A DNA stretch of 64,000 nucleotides from Candidatus Bathyarchaeia archaeon (GTDB lineage: Archaea > Thermoproteota > Bathyarchaeia > Bathyarchaeales > Bathycorpusculaceae). A program made the translations under genes and the position numbers. Shown here piece by piece: positions 37,437-46,467 of the stretch (positions are counted from its first letter, which is position 1; every line of letters begins with the position of its first letter). The DNA lies in contig JAVZIQ010000003.1 of NCBI GenBank assembly GCA_038871175.1, forward strand, positions 1-64,000. Reading direction: 5' to 3'. The notes beneath the pieces are model-generated. The model saw only the letters and a list, made by a program, of their open reading frames with translations, was not told the origin of the DNA and searched no databases.

Positions 37437-37901
37437 TTAAGCTTTGAAGCTTTTTGCTATTTTTACCGCCCATTCTTTTGCTTTCCCTATGTCGGTTTTA
37501 TCTATTGTTTTTCCTAAAAATCTTATTCTTCCCCCGAAAACCTCGATATCTACTGGTTTAAGTTTCGGGTTCTTTCGCAGGATTGGATCTATGTATTTTC
37601 TTATGGCCTCGTCTTTAGGTTCAAGGGATGAAAGGAATACCGCCACTTTCCTCTCTCCAAATTCCCTCTCCAGAAACTTGCGACCATCACCATGCATTCT
37701 CTGCATTCTCACCCCGCTGCCTACGATTAAGCTTTGGTATTGTGTAAGGTCCGGATTACTATTCCTTTTAAGGTCAACGACATCCACCTGCAAATTGTTG
37801 TCTCTCAAAACAGAAGCAATTGCCTTCGCATACTCTTCAGTTGTGCCTCCCTTTGTGGAATAGGCAACTAAAACTTTACCCCTTGCCATATCATACGCCA
37901 A
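37437..37901 (-). CDS. Flavodoxin-fold protein
   Basis: KVLVAYSTKGGTTEEYAKAIA (FMN phosphate-binding loop pattern). 154 aa. Confidence 0.7.
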   Translation of the reverse strand: MAYDMARGKVLVAYSTKGGTTEEYAKAIASVLRDNNLQVDVVDLKRNSNPDLTQYQSLIVGSGVRMQRMHGDGRKFLEREFGERKVAVFLSSLEPKDEAIRKYIDPILRKNPKLKPVDIEVFGGRIRFLGKTIDKTDIGKAKEWAVKIAKSFKA

Positions 37902-38232
37902 AACAGATTAACTTTTAGTCTCTTTATTTTTATTACGCACAGAGTTTTATAAGCCTTTCAGAAAGCGTTTTCTAAAGGAGATTTTGCACCTGAAAGCACA
38001 AGTTTTTCTAAATTCTGTCAATCCCTAAGGATTTACTTTGTGAACTAAATGAAAGGATAAACCTTGCCGAAAAGCTTGAAAATCTCCTCTGTGCCTAAAG
38101 CTTATGGCGTGCTGTTTAGTCTCAACTTTGCCCCGCGTGATAGTTGAGACTATTCTCAACCCTTAAGTAAGGCAAATTTTAGTTACATTTATTACGTTTG
38201 CAGAGATTAATTCAGAGACGTTATAGAAAACA

Positions 38233-39456
38233 TTGAGCTGGAGGCATTTGATGAGTATAATAGCTATTACGAACATAGGTAAAATTGTTTCTGGAGATTT
38301 AGATGAAGGAGTTTTGGAGGGAAAAAATACCATAATTATTCATGATGGGAAAATAGCTGAAATTAAACGAACAAACATTGTGGATATTAGCCACGTAGAT
38401 GTTGTGGTGGATGCTAATGGAATGACGGTTATGCCGGGTTTAATAGACACTCACATACATCCAGCCATTGGAGACTGGGCGCCGACGTTTAACGCAGTGG
38501 GATACTGTGGAAGTATGCTTCGGAGCGGGACAACCACGGCTATTTCACAAGGAGAGTACGGCGTTCAAGGACGCCCACAAGATCCAACAGGAATTAAAGC
38601 TCTAGCTTTGCTTGCAAAAAAGACTTTTGACAACTTTAAGCCTGGAGGTGTTAGAGTTTATGGGGGCGCCCTCATACTTCATCCAGCCTTTTTGGAGAAA
38701 GATTTCAGAGAATTGAAAAATGAGGGTATATGGCTAACAGCAGAGATTGGGGCTACACATAGGGAAATCAGAAGTTTGATGCCTGTTATAGAATTAGCTA
38801 AAAAGTACGAGATGAAGGTTATGATGCATATGGGAGGAAGATCCATACCGGATTCTATGACGGTTACAGCTCAAGACGTTATGCAAGTGGAACCTGACGT
38901 TGTTTCTCATATTAATGGAGGGCCAACTTCACCTTCTCTGAAGGACATAAAAACCCTACTTACAGAAACCGAGCTAACCCTTGAAGTTGCTTATAATGGC
39001 AATCCGAAAACGCTTATAGAAACGGTGAAGTTGGCAAAGGGTGAAGGCGCACTCAACAGAATAATTACTGGAAGTGACTCGCCCACAGAGACTGCAAGTT
39101 TGGGCACCAGCGCAATGATGAGAACGGTGATTTTCATTTCCTCAGTAGCGGAAATCCCAGGGGAACAAGCTGTAGCCATGGCGACAGGTAATGCAGCTCA
39201 AGCTTTAGAATTGAAGGAAGGGAAGATAAAAGAAGGATGGACTGCGAATTTATTAGTAGTGGATGCTCCGGAGGGTTCTGTCGGAGGAGACGCCCTCAAA
39301 GCTATTGAGTCAGGAGATTTACCAGGAATAGCATTCATAATAGCTGAAGGAAAAATCATAACACCACCTCCCATGGTAGTTCCATCACCACGTAGAGGCG
39401 TACGCATTTATACACAACAAAACCCATACAAACTAAATTCTTTTTCAAATGTTTGA
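38233..39456 (+). CDS. Metal-dependent amidohydrolase-superfamily protein
   Basis: MPGLIDTHIHP (HxH) near the N-terminus and GSDSP near the C-terminus. The likely start is ATG 38251, behind a GGAGG. Confidence 0.65.
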   Translation: MSWRHLMSIIAITNIGKIVSGDLDEGVLEGKNTIIIHDGKIAEIKRTNIVDISHVDVVVDANGMTVMPGLIDTHIHPAIGDWAPTFNAVGYCGSMLRSGTTTAISQGEYGVQGRPQDPTGIKALALLAKKTFDNFKPGGVRVYGGALILHPAFLEKDFRELKNEGIWLTAEIGATHREIRSLMPVIELAKKYEMKVMMHMGGRSIPDSMTVTAQDVMQVEPDVVSHINGGPTSPSLKDIKTLLTETELTLEVAYNGNPKTLIETVKLAKGEGALNRIITGSDSPTETASLGTSAMMRTVIFISSVAEIPGEQAVAMATGNAAQALELKEGKIKEGWTANLLVVDAPEGSVGGDALKAIESGDLPGIAFIIAEGKIITPPPMVVPSPRRGVRIYTQQNPYKLNSFSNV

Positions 39457-39940
39457 GGGAGAAGCATAGGATCTACTTCCCACAGAGAAAGGAGAAAGGA
39501 GGTGAAAAATTTTCAGCTCCCCTACGCTTCTCTTTCCCCTCTCACATTTTATAAGTATCACAATCTAAATAAACTATTCTATTAAAATAGATAGAGATTT
39601 TAGCTTAACATGGAGGCTTGACTTATTTAGTGATCTTTCTACACAAATGAGATTTCCGGGATTTTCAGTCAGAAAATTTAAGGTTTCAATCTATCAAACA
39701 CTTGGCTGAAGAAGGAACAGCTATCTCGTTGAGAAAGTGATGTCATATCTGGGCTGTCAAATGATGGTCGAGGCGTCTTTTTCAGTTTTCGAAATTTTGG
39801 TTTTTTAAAGAATCTTGATGGTAGTCTTAGAATTTTAGGGATAAACTTTGCGTTTTGCATACGTATTATCGTGGCTTTGGGGAAAGTGTAAGAGTAAAAC
39901 TGTATATAATCATGTTATGCGAGGTTATTGTGTGAGAGTG

Positions 39941-40536
39941 ATGTCGACAGGCTTTGAGAAGATCGGGAGGGATTTGCAACTTCAAGATCATTGGATTAGA
40001 AGATTTGTAGCCTTTATAATCGATGAAATAATTATAAGCCTTTGCATTTTAATCTTGGTTGGAATTATTGCAACGCCCTTAACCATATTTGGGTTTTTGG
40101 ATGGTTTTCCTTGGTATTTATTTGATTTTTTCCCTTTCTCATTGTTTTTAGGCGTTTTAAGCCTCTTTTACTTCGCTTTTTTGAAACTTTTTATGAAGCT
40201 ACATTTGGCAAGAGGATAATGAACTTGAAAGCTGCAAGGCTTAATGGAGAAAGAATCCCTTTAAATTTGGCTTTCATCAGAAACCTAAGTAAGGTTCAAT
40301 GGTTTCTTGCGCTCATAGACACGGCTATTGGCTTAGCAACTCCAGGCGACCCCCATCAAAAGGTTTCTGACCGCTACGCAGGAACAACAGTTATTTCAAC
40401 AGGATTTTCTCCCTTCGCAAGCCTAGCTTCAAAGAAATCAACTTTAAAATTCTGCTCTAACTGCAGAAGAAAACTGCCTGAAAAAGCATTCTACTGCCCC
40501 TATTGTGGAAAACCCTTAATTGAAAACGTGGGCTGA
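39941..40536 (+). pseudogene. RDD-family membrane protein with C-terminal zinc ribbon, frame broken in a T6 run (40177-40182)
   Basis: ORF 39848-40219 ends ...LSLFYFAF|LKLFMKLHLARG*. The other frame reads FFETFYEATFGKRIMNLKAARLNGERIPLNLAFIRNLSKV... (typical RDD core) and ends with CSNC...CPYCG. A seventh T would fuse the two frames. Confidence 0.7.
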
Positions 40537-40652
40537 AATGATTCGCGCGTGAAGGCTTCAACGCTAGCTTTAGCTTATCAACTAACCTTTTAAATTGAGA
40601 AGGGTTTAAGTCTGCTTATGGCTTTTCTGCTGTAGCAAATCTTTCCCTTTTG

Positions 40653-41147
40653 TTATTTTATCTTTATTGTTGCTAGGATGGTGGCTCTTAGGATCAGGGT
40701 GAAACCTATAAGCATTAAAATTGCAGACCAAAAGACAAACCATTCGGTTATTTTCGCCGTTTCATTAAGGAAAACGCCTATAATAAAGCTTGCTCCAAGC
40801 CAGAAAACAACGTTTGATGCAGTTTCAGCTTTTTTGCTTAAAGGCGAGTGGACAAAAAATCTTAGAATTAAAATGGCAATTTCAAATATGCCCCAAACTA
40901 AGCTGAATTGTACTGCAGCGGTGTATAGTGTTAAATGTTTCCATGGATTTGCCGGTGCAGGCATAAAAATGTTTGTGTTAGGCACATTTACCATTTTAAA
41001 GTCTTTAAAAAAGGCTATAATTTTTTCAAAAAGGTCAGGTGTAGCCATAAAAATAATTCCAACCAGGATGAAGAAGAAACCTGCCGAAACAGCGTTTATA
41101 AGGCCTTCTCGATATTTGGGTTTAGGGGTTTCATTGGCTTCACTCAA
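40653..41147 (-). CDS. Hypothetical membrane protein (164 aa)
   Basis: Four or five hydrophobic helices. No motif recognised. The + strand ORFs here are shadows. Confidence 0.5.
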   Translation of the reverse strand: MSEANETPKPKYREGLINAVSAGFFFILVGIIFMATPDLFEKIIAFFKDFKMVNVPNTNIFMPAPANPWKHLTLYTAAVQFSLVWGIFEIAILILRFFVHSPLSKKAETASNVVFWLGASFIIGVFLNETAKITEWFVFWSAILMLIGFTLILRATILATIKIK

Positions 41148-41262
41148 ATTTATATTCCTCCACAGCTCTATTCTGCGCTTATGTCATATAACATTTCTTT
41201 ATCGAAGACTTTTGTACATGCTTTAAATACTTGATATCACAATAATGGGTTAAGGGATCCAT

Positions 41263-41634
41263 ATGCCTTATTGTTTTAAGTGTGGAGCTGAAGTGGAGGA
41301 GGACATGGCCTTCTGTCCAAAATGTGGGGCTTCCTTGAAAGTTGGGCAGCCTCCAGCTGAAGCTAAGCCTAAAGTAACGCCAAAAGATGAGAAGGCTGAG
41401 AAACATGAGAAGGAGGAGAAAGGGGAGAAAACTGAAAAACGTGAAAAGCGGGAGATTTCATTCCTAGGGCCTTTAATAGGCGGCTTAATACTTATATTTT
41501 TAGGGTTAATGTCTTACCTTCAAGTAGTTGGATTCGTTGACAGAAGACTTGTGGGAGCTTTGTTCCTCGTTTTGATAGGAGTGATAATTATAGTTTTGGC
41601 GTTTGCAGCTTGGAGGAGACATCCTAAAACCTAG
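41263..41634 (+). CDS. Zinc-ribbon membrane protein with K/E-rich linker
   Basis: MPYCFKCGAEV...FCPKCGASL, then a KDEKAEKHEKEEKGEKTEKREKRE linker, then two TM helices. Confidence 0.6.
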   Translation: MPYCFKCGAEVEEDMAFCPKCGASLKVGQPPAEAKPKVTPKDEKAEKHEKEEKGEKTEKREKREISFLGPLIGGLILIFLGLMSYLQVVGFVDRRLVGALFLVLIGVIIIVLAFAAWRRHPKT

Positions 41635-42770
41635 AGGAACCATCCGAAGAAAAGCCTATAAAGCCTATGCTCTAAAAGCGTTAAAGTGTTGCATCTTCCG
41701 ATAACGCGGAAGTAGTTTTTACCAGCTGCTTCAATTAGGTCTCCGATGTCATATCTTGGAAATAGACATGAGGAGATTACTAGTCTACCCCACTCTCCTC
41801 TTTTAAGCTCGCATAACATCTTCGTTTCACCGCCCAATACAACTTCGAAGAAGTACTTGTCATAGTTCGGCGTCACATATGGCAATTCGTCAAGTTGCTG
41901 AGCGAAAACCCCTTCTGTTGCGCTGTAAATCTCAACCACCGAAACATTCCCAAAGTATTTCCTGAGAATAGGCGCATATTTAAAATGGATTTTCCGAACG
42001 CTTGTGCAGAACAACGCGTGAAATTTCCAAATCTCTTTAGGCTTCTTTCCATGTTTTTTCTTGATGTATCTTGCAAAGGCCAATATGACGGGCGTGACAC
42101 CCATGGCGGCGGTCACATTCTCTTCTAAAGCTCTCTGATAAACCAGTTCAAATCTTCTCTCCCAATCAGCCCTTGCAATTCCTGAGCCTAAAGCGTCTAT
42201 TTCCTCTTGCGGAGGCCAAAGCCCACCTTTTTCAAGCGTTGGGTTAATCTTAGCATAGGTTCCGGAACTATATCCGTAGGTTATCTTTTTGTCTCCAACA
42301 ATCATTGTGTGAACTTGGGATGGAAAATTAAGGTTAAGAATTTTCCCCATGAGAATTTCATAGTCCTTTTTTCTAAAGGCATAATTCACCAAAGCCCTTG
42401 CCCCACAAGTCAAAATCTGATTTAAATGTGTTCTCGTTGCGGGAATAACCTTTGCAGGGCCAGTTGACCCCCTAGTCATAACCCAGCAGAAAAGCGGTTC
42501 AGGGAGAATAGCGCTGAAATCACCCTTCTGAACCTCAATCAAATAAGGATTAAGTTCTCTATAACCTATTATGAGAAATCTGGCTCTAAAATCCTCAACC
42601 CCTTCAACCTCTGAAGCGCGGCAGCTTTTTCCATAACGAGTTTTACAGTATCCCTTGACAAGTTCTAAGAGAACCCGCCTCTGAAACTCCAAAGGATTCC
42701 TTAAAGATTCATACCAAGAACCTATTATAGGCTGAAATACGCCTACATCAGGCTTATCAGATAACATCAA
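41631..42770 (-). CDS. GH3-like adenylate-forming enzyme (short form)
   Basis: The N-terminal region resembles the GH3 family (F....P...Y.EL.PYI..V..G......P...W..T.GSTG.AK.IP.T). It is only 379 aa, so the usual C-terminal domain seems absent. Confidence 0.45.
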   Translation of the reverse strand: MMLSDKPDVGVFQPIIGSWYESLRNPLEFQRRVLLELVKGYCKTRYGKSCRASEVEGVEDFRARFLIIGYRELNPYLIEVQKGDFSAILPEPLFCWVMTRGSTGPAKVIPATRTHLNQILTCGARALVNYAFRKKDYEILMGKILNLNFPSQVHTMIVGDKKITYGYSSGTYAKINPTLEKGGLWPPQEEIDALGSGIARADWERRFELVYQRALEENVTAAMGVTPVILAFARYIKKKHGKKPKEIWKFHALFCTSVRKIHFKYAPILRKYFGNVSVVEIYSATEGVFAQQLDELPYVTPNYDKYFFEVVLGGETKMLCELKRGEWGRLVISSCLFPRYDIGDLIEAAGKNYFRVIGRCNTLTLLEHRLYRLFFGWFL

Positions 42771-43116
42771 TGCCCCACAATGATCTACACAACTTCACTT
42801 ATATCCTTCACCTTCCAAAAAGACTTTTAAAAACCATCACATATCCAAGTCAGCATGCAAAGCCATAAAAATTAATTTGGAAAAGCCAAACACAGGGCAG
42901 AAATTAACCTATAACTTATCCTTCCCTGATGAAAGCTTAACCAGCTAATTTCAGCCTTTAAAAATCCAACCTTATTGCATACATAAGAAAAATTCATAGC
43001 TTGTAATTTATAGGCTTCAAGTCGCCTCTAAAATTTAAATTATGTTCTGCCATCTGTTAGGACAGTGTTAAAAGGGTAGGTTGTTAAAGGCTTTACGTCG
43101 ATTTGGGTTTATACTT

Positions 43117-43374
43117 TTAAATTTTAGCATGGTTTCCACGTTTGGATATTTTTGTAAGAATTATCACAGCTGTTGCATGAGAACATCTGCCTTTCCTTGC
43201 AAATCCAGGACAGCTACAGGTTACTCTGCCTTCGTGGGTTTGAACAACAGTGTACGTTCCATGATCCCCTACGACGTTAAACCGCTCATGGTTAAGGCGT
43301 TCTACTCTTCCACTTTCAACAAGTTTACGTGCCTTATCGATCATCCTATCAATAGGCAATACGCAAACCCTCAA
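43117..43374 (-). CDS. SWIM zinc-finger protein (85 aa)
   Basis: CxCx(n)CxH motif: VTCSCPGFARKGRCSHATAV. Confidence 0.6.
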   Translation of the reverse strand: MRVCVLPIDRMIDKARKLVESGRVERLNHERFNVVGDHGTYTVVQTHEGRVTCSCPGFARKGRCSHATAVIILTKISKRGNHAKI

Positions 43375-43832
43375 CTAACTAAAAATAACCAATTTATAAA
43401 ACAATTTAACTATAACTATGGATTCATCAACGATTTAAAGTTTAAGTTTTAAACTTACATGGGCTTTTCTGTAGATGTTTTCTTTTTCTTCTATTAGCAT
43501 AGAGGCTTTGAGGTTTTCTATTATGCGATAGATTATTGCATTGTTCACTGAAGATGCTTTTGCTATTTCTACAGTCCCCTTTTATCTCCATATGGTTGAT
43601 GTGGCCTTTGCTTTAAAGGCTGCTAGGTAGGCTTGTTTGTAGAAGGAAGTAAAGACAGAGTTATTGGATGCATGCAGAATTAAGCGTTTATCGATGCCTT
43701 CGCAACCTTATACTCCAACAGAAAGAGTGTTTGTCTGAAAATATCGGAGTGGAAAGCTTCGAGAAGCAAGGCATCGTTAAATTTAATGAAAGGAAAGTAG
43801 TTTGTAGAGACAAGTTGCAATGAAAGATAAAT

Positions 43833-44342
43833 TCATTCCTTAGAACTTAAGGCTTTTGCTATTCTTTCTGGAAGCTTATCTAGTTTTTCGTCCATTGACT
43901 TTGCATACTGGGCGAATAAGCCAAATCTTTCTACGACTTTATCAAACTTTTCATCTAAGCTTGATAATGATGAAGAAATTGGTTTAAGTGCTCTTTCAAC
44001 AGCTGTTGGCAGCTTTATGACCTCTTCCTTTCCTCTACTTAGTTGTTCTAGCGTCAAAAAGTGGAAGTATCTGTCGATGCTAGGTATTGGAATTTTCCCC
44101 TCATACGGCTCTTCTTTTATGCTTTCAACTTTTGCCTCTTTTGGAGTTTCTGAGCTAATTTTTTGGTAGAAAGACTTAACTTTATTTTCTTCGTCGCTAA
44201 CAAGCAATTCAACTTTATTTTTGTCTATGTTTCTAGCATAATTTTTCTCAACTCCACTTTCTATTGCTTTTTCCAATAAAAATAGCCTGTAACCAACACC
44301 CTGAACCTTTATTCCTTCGATTAAAACCCTTACTGAAACCAC
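43833..44342 (-). CDS. Acylphosphatase-like domain protein with helical C-terminal extension
   Basis: VRVLIEGIKVQGVGYRLFL (acylphosphatase V.G.VQGVGFR signature) followed by about 90 aa of coiled-coil-like sequence. Confidence 0.5.
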   Translation of the reverse strand: MVSVRVLIEGIKVQGVGYRLFLLEKAIESGVEKNYARNIDKNKVELLVSDEENKVKSFYQKISSETPKEAKVESIKEEPYEGKIPIPSIDRYFHFLTLEQLSRGKEEVIKLPTAVERALKPISSSLSSLDEKFDKVVERFGLFAQYAKSMDEKLDKLPERIAKALSSKE

Positions 44343-44517
44343 TTCTTAACCCTCATCTCTATTTAGTAATGATATCGGGATTATTTTCTTCCTCGATTAA
44401 TGTTTTATCTTATTTGACAATAATATTTAAAACTTGTTTCACGGACTTCGTGTACTGATTAAGGAACTGAAAGGATTATCCAAAAATAGAATGGGGAAAA
44501 GAAACGTAAGGAAAAAT

Positions 44518-44826
44518 TTAATTAACTGATTCTGCTGGTTTCACCATCAGCTTTAGCTTTTCTAGAATTTCTTTACCTTCCTCTGTTAGCTTGTACTTGG
44601 TCAGCTTTCTGCTTCTTTTCTGGTATTCCATTTCAACTAAGCCTACATGCTTCAAAACGCCTAGATGGTAGGCTAGAAGTGCTTTTTCAATTCCCGTTTT
44701 TCTTGCAATGTCGTTAAAGGATAGGTCTGGCTCTTCGGCTACAGTAAATAGTATGTTGAGTCTATAGTCGTTGTCAAGGATGCTGTAGGTAGTGAGCATT
44801 TTGCGCAGTTCTTCCATTTTGATCAA
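44518..44826 (-). CDS. ArsR-type winged-helix transcription regulator
   Basis: RLNILFTVAEEPDLSFNDIARKTGIEKALLAYHLGVLKHVGLVE. Confidence 0.7.
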   Translation of the reverse strand: MIKMEELRKMLTTYSILDNDYRLNILFTVAEEPDLSFNDIARKTGIEKALLAYHLGVLKHVGLVEMEYQKRSRKLTKYKLTEEGKEILEKLKLMVKPAESVN

Positions 44827-45008
44827 ATAAAAATAGTTTTGACAGGTAAATAAACCTTTACCTATGCCTTGCCCAAAGCTTTAAGGAGCCTGTAACGAAG
44901 CGATAGAATCAGGATTACTGCCTCTGAATTTGGAAAGCTGCTTTTTTGCTCGTCGTCGTATGCATAGACGTGTCTGGGACCATTGCAGTAGAAGCACACA
45001 ATAGTTGT

Positions 45009-45506
45009 ATGACACACGAAAGTAGTAGCGGTAGTAGAAATTATGGAAATAAAACAACAACGATAACCATAAGGATACCAGTCTGGCTTTATGAAAGGCT
45101 TAAGAAGAAAGGAATCTTAAACATCAGCAATTTTGTTCGGAAACTTCTCGTAATGGAAATTGAAGGCGAACAAAGTAGAGAGGAGGAACTCGAATCCCAA
45201 CTTGAAAACCTTAAGATAGAAATGGAAAAATTACAAAACTATCATTCAACTTTACTAAAACATGGAAGCTACGCAAAGGAATATCTTGAAAAACTTAAAG
45301 ATGGAACCATGATAACACACAAACCATTCAGCTATTCAAAGCCTGGACAATTGGCTTTAAGCAAAGAGGAACAAGAACTTGTAGATGAGACAGTAAAAAT
45401 TCGTGAAGAACTAGCAAAGCAATATGGTAAGAAATTAAAAGAACTGTTAACATTGAAAAGGAGCCGTTTAGAAAACGACTTGCCAAAGCGAAACCAGTCA
45501 AAATGA
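45009..45506 (+). CDS. Ribbon-helix-helix plus coiled-coil protein
   Basis: TTITIRIPVWLYERLKKKGILNISNFVRKLLVMEI (RHH pattern), then a heptad-rich tail. I prefer the ATG at 45009 to the TTG at 44946 in the ORF track. Confidence 0.45.
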   Translation: MTHESSSGSRNYGNKTTTITIRIPVWLYERLKKKGILNISNFVRKLLVMEIEGEQSREEELESQLENLKIEMEKLQNYHSTLLKHGSYAKEYLEKLKDGTMITHKPFSYSKPGQLALSKEEQELVDETVKIREELAKQYGKKLKELLTLKRSRLENDLPKRNQSK

Positions 45507-46156
45507 AGTTTCTTCTGGTGTATTGGACTATTTTTAGGCTTCTTTTTGTTTTTATGGACTAAGTGTTTACGATAACGGTTACAATCGCACAACATGTACT
45601 TTTGTTTGTCCCTCCATTCTTATTCTCTCCATTCACGAGTTTTATTCGTTTAAAACTTGTTACCCGGTAAACTTTTATCTCTGGAGTTAAATGCAGATTG
45701 CAAGGGCTATTCTGTAACATTTGGGCTATTTCTTTGGTTTATAATGCATATGGAAGTAGTTTCTAAATGGGTATTTTACACAAATAACAAACATTTCAAA
45801 AATTACCATTAAAGACCATTCTTCAATGGCCTTTATAAGCTACAATATCGTTTCTGGTCGACCATAAACAATTGCTACGGAGGTGAAAACGGAAATGGGA
45901 AAAACCAAATGTGTTAAGGATTTTAAATGTGAAATATGTGAGATGCCAGGAATGTTACAAATCTTATTAGAAACATACGTAAGGGTTAGACATTATAGAG
46001 GCCTTAAAGATGGAAAACCAATATTTGAGTATCACAGAAACCCTATGGAATATGTTAATAAAACCCTTAATGAACAAACAAAGAATTCTGACCTAAGTGG
46101 TCAAAGTAACATAGACCTAAAACTCTTAAATAATGGCTCCTTTAATGAAAATAGAG

Positions 46157-46231
46157 GGGCCGGTAGTCTAGCTCGGTTAGGACATCCGCTTGACGTGCGG
46201 AAGGTCACCGGTTCAAATCCGGTCCGGCCCA
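46157..46231 (+). tRNA. tRNA-Val (GAC)
   Basis: Acceptor GGGCCGG/CCGGCCC, anticodon stem TCCGC/GCGGA with loop TTGACGT, T arm ACCGG-TTCAAAT-CCGGT, discriminator A. Confidence 0.9.
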
Positions 46232-46467
46232 CTTTAAAATCAGAACTTAGGCTTCGAAACCTTCCCTTTTCAGCGAAACCAAATTTTTGGTCTATGTTTT
46301 TGACTTAAAGCAAATACTCTGTTAAAACGATCCGTGTACACATAAAATTTTAGAGCATTCCCGGGTGGTTAAAGTTGTGAAAAACATATGAGGCTGATGT
46401 GGAATAGATAATAAAGTCTTGACGGCGGTGTTGGCTAAGACTTGAATCAAACCATGGGGGATGAAGC

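Noticed and set aside
41631-41634. The palindromic CTAG serves as the stop codon for both convergent genes (41263-41634 and 41631-42770).
   Set aside because: This is a real but trivial overlap with no evidence of functional significance.
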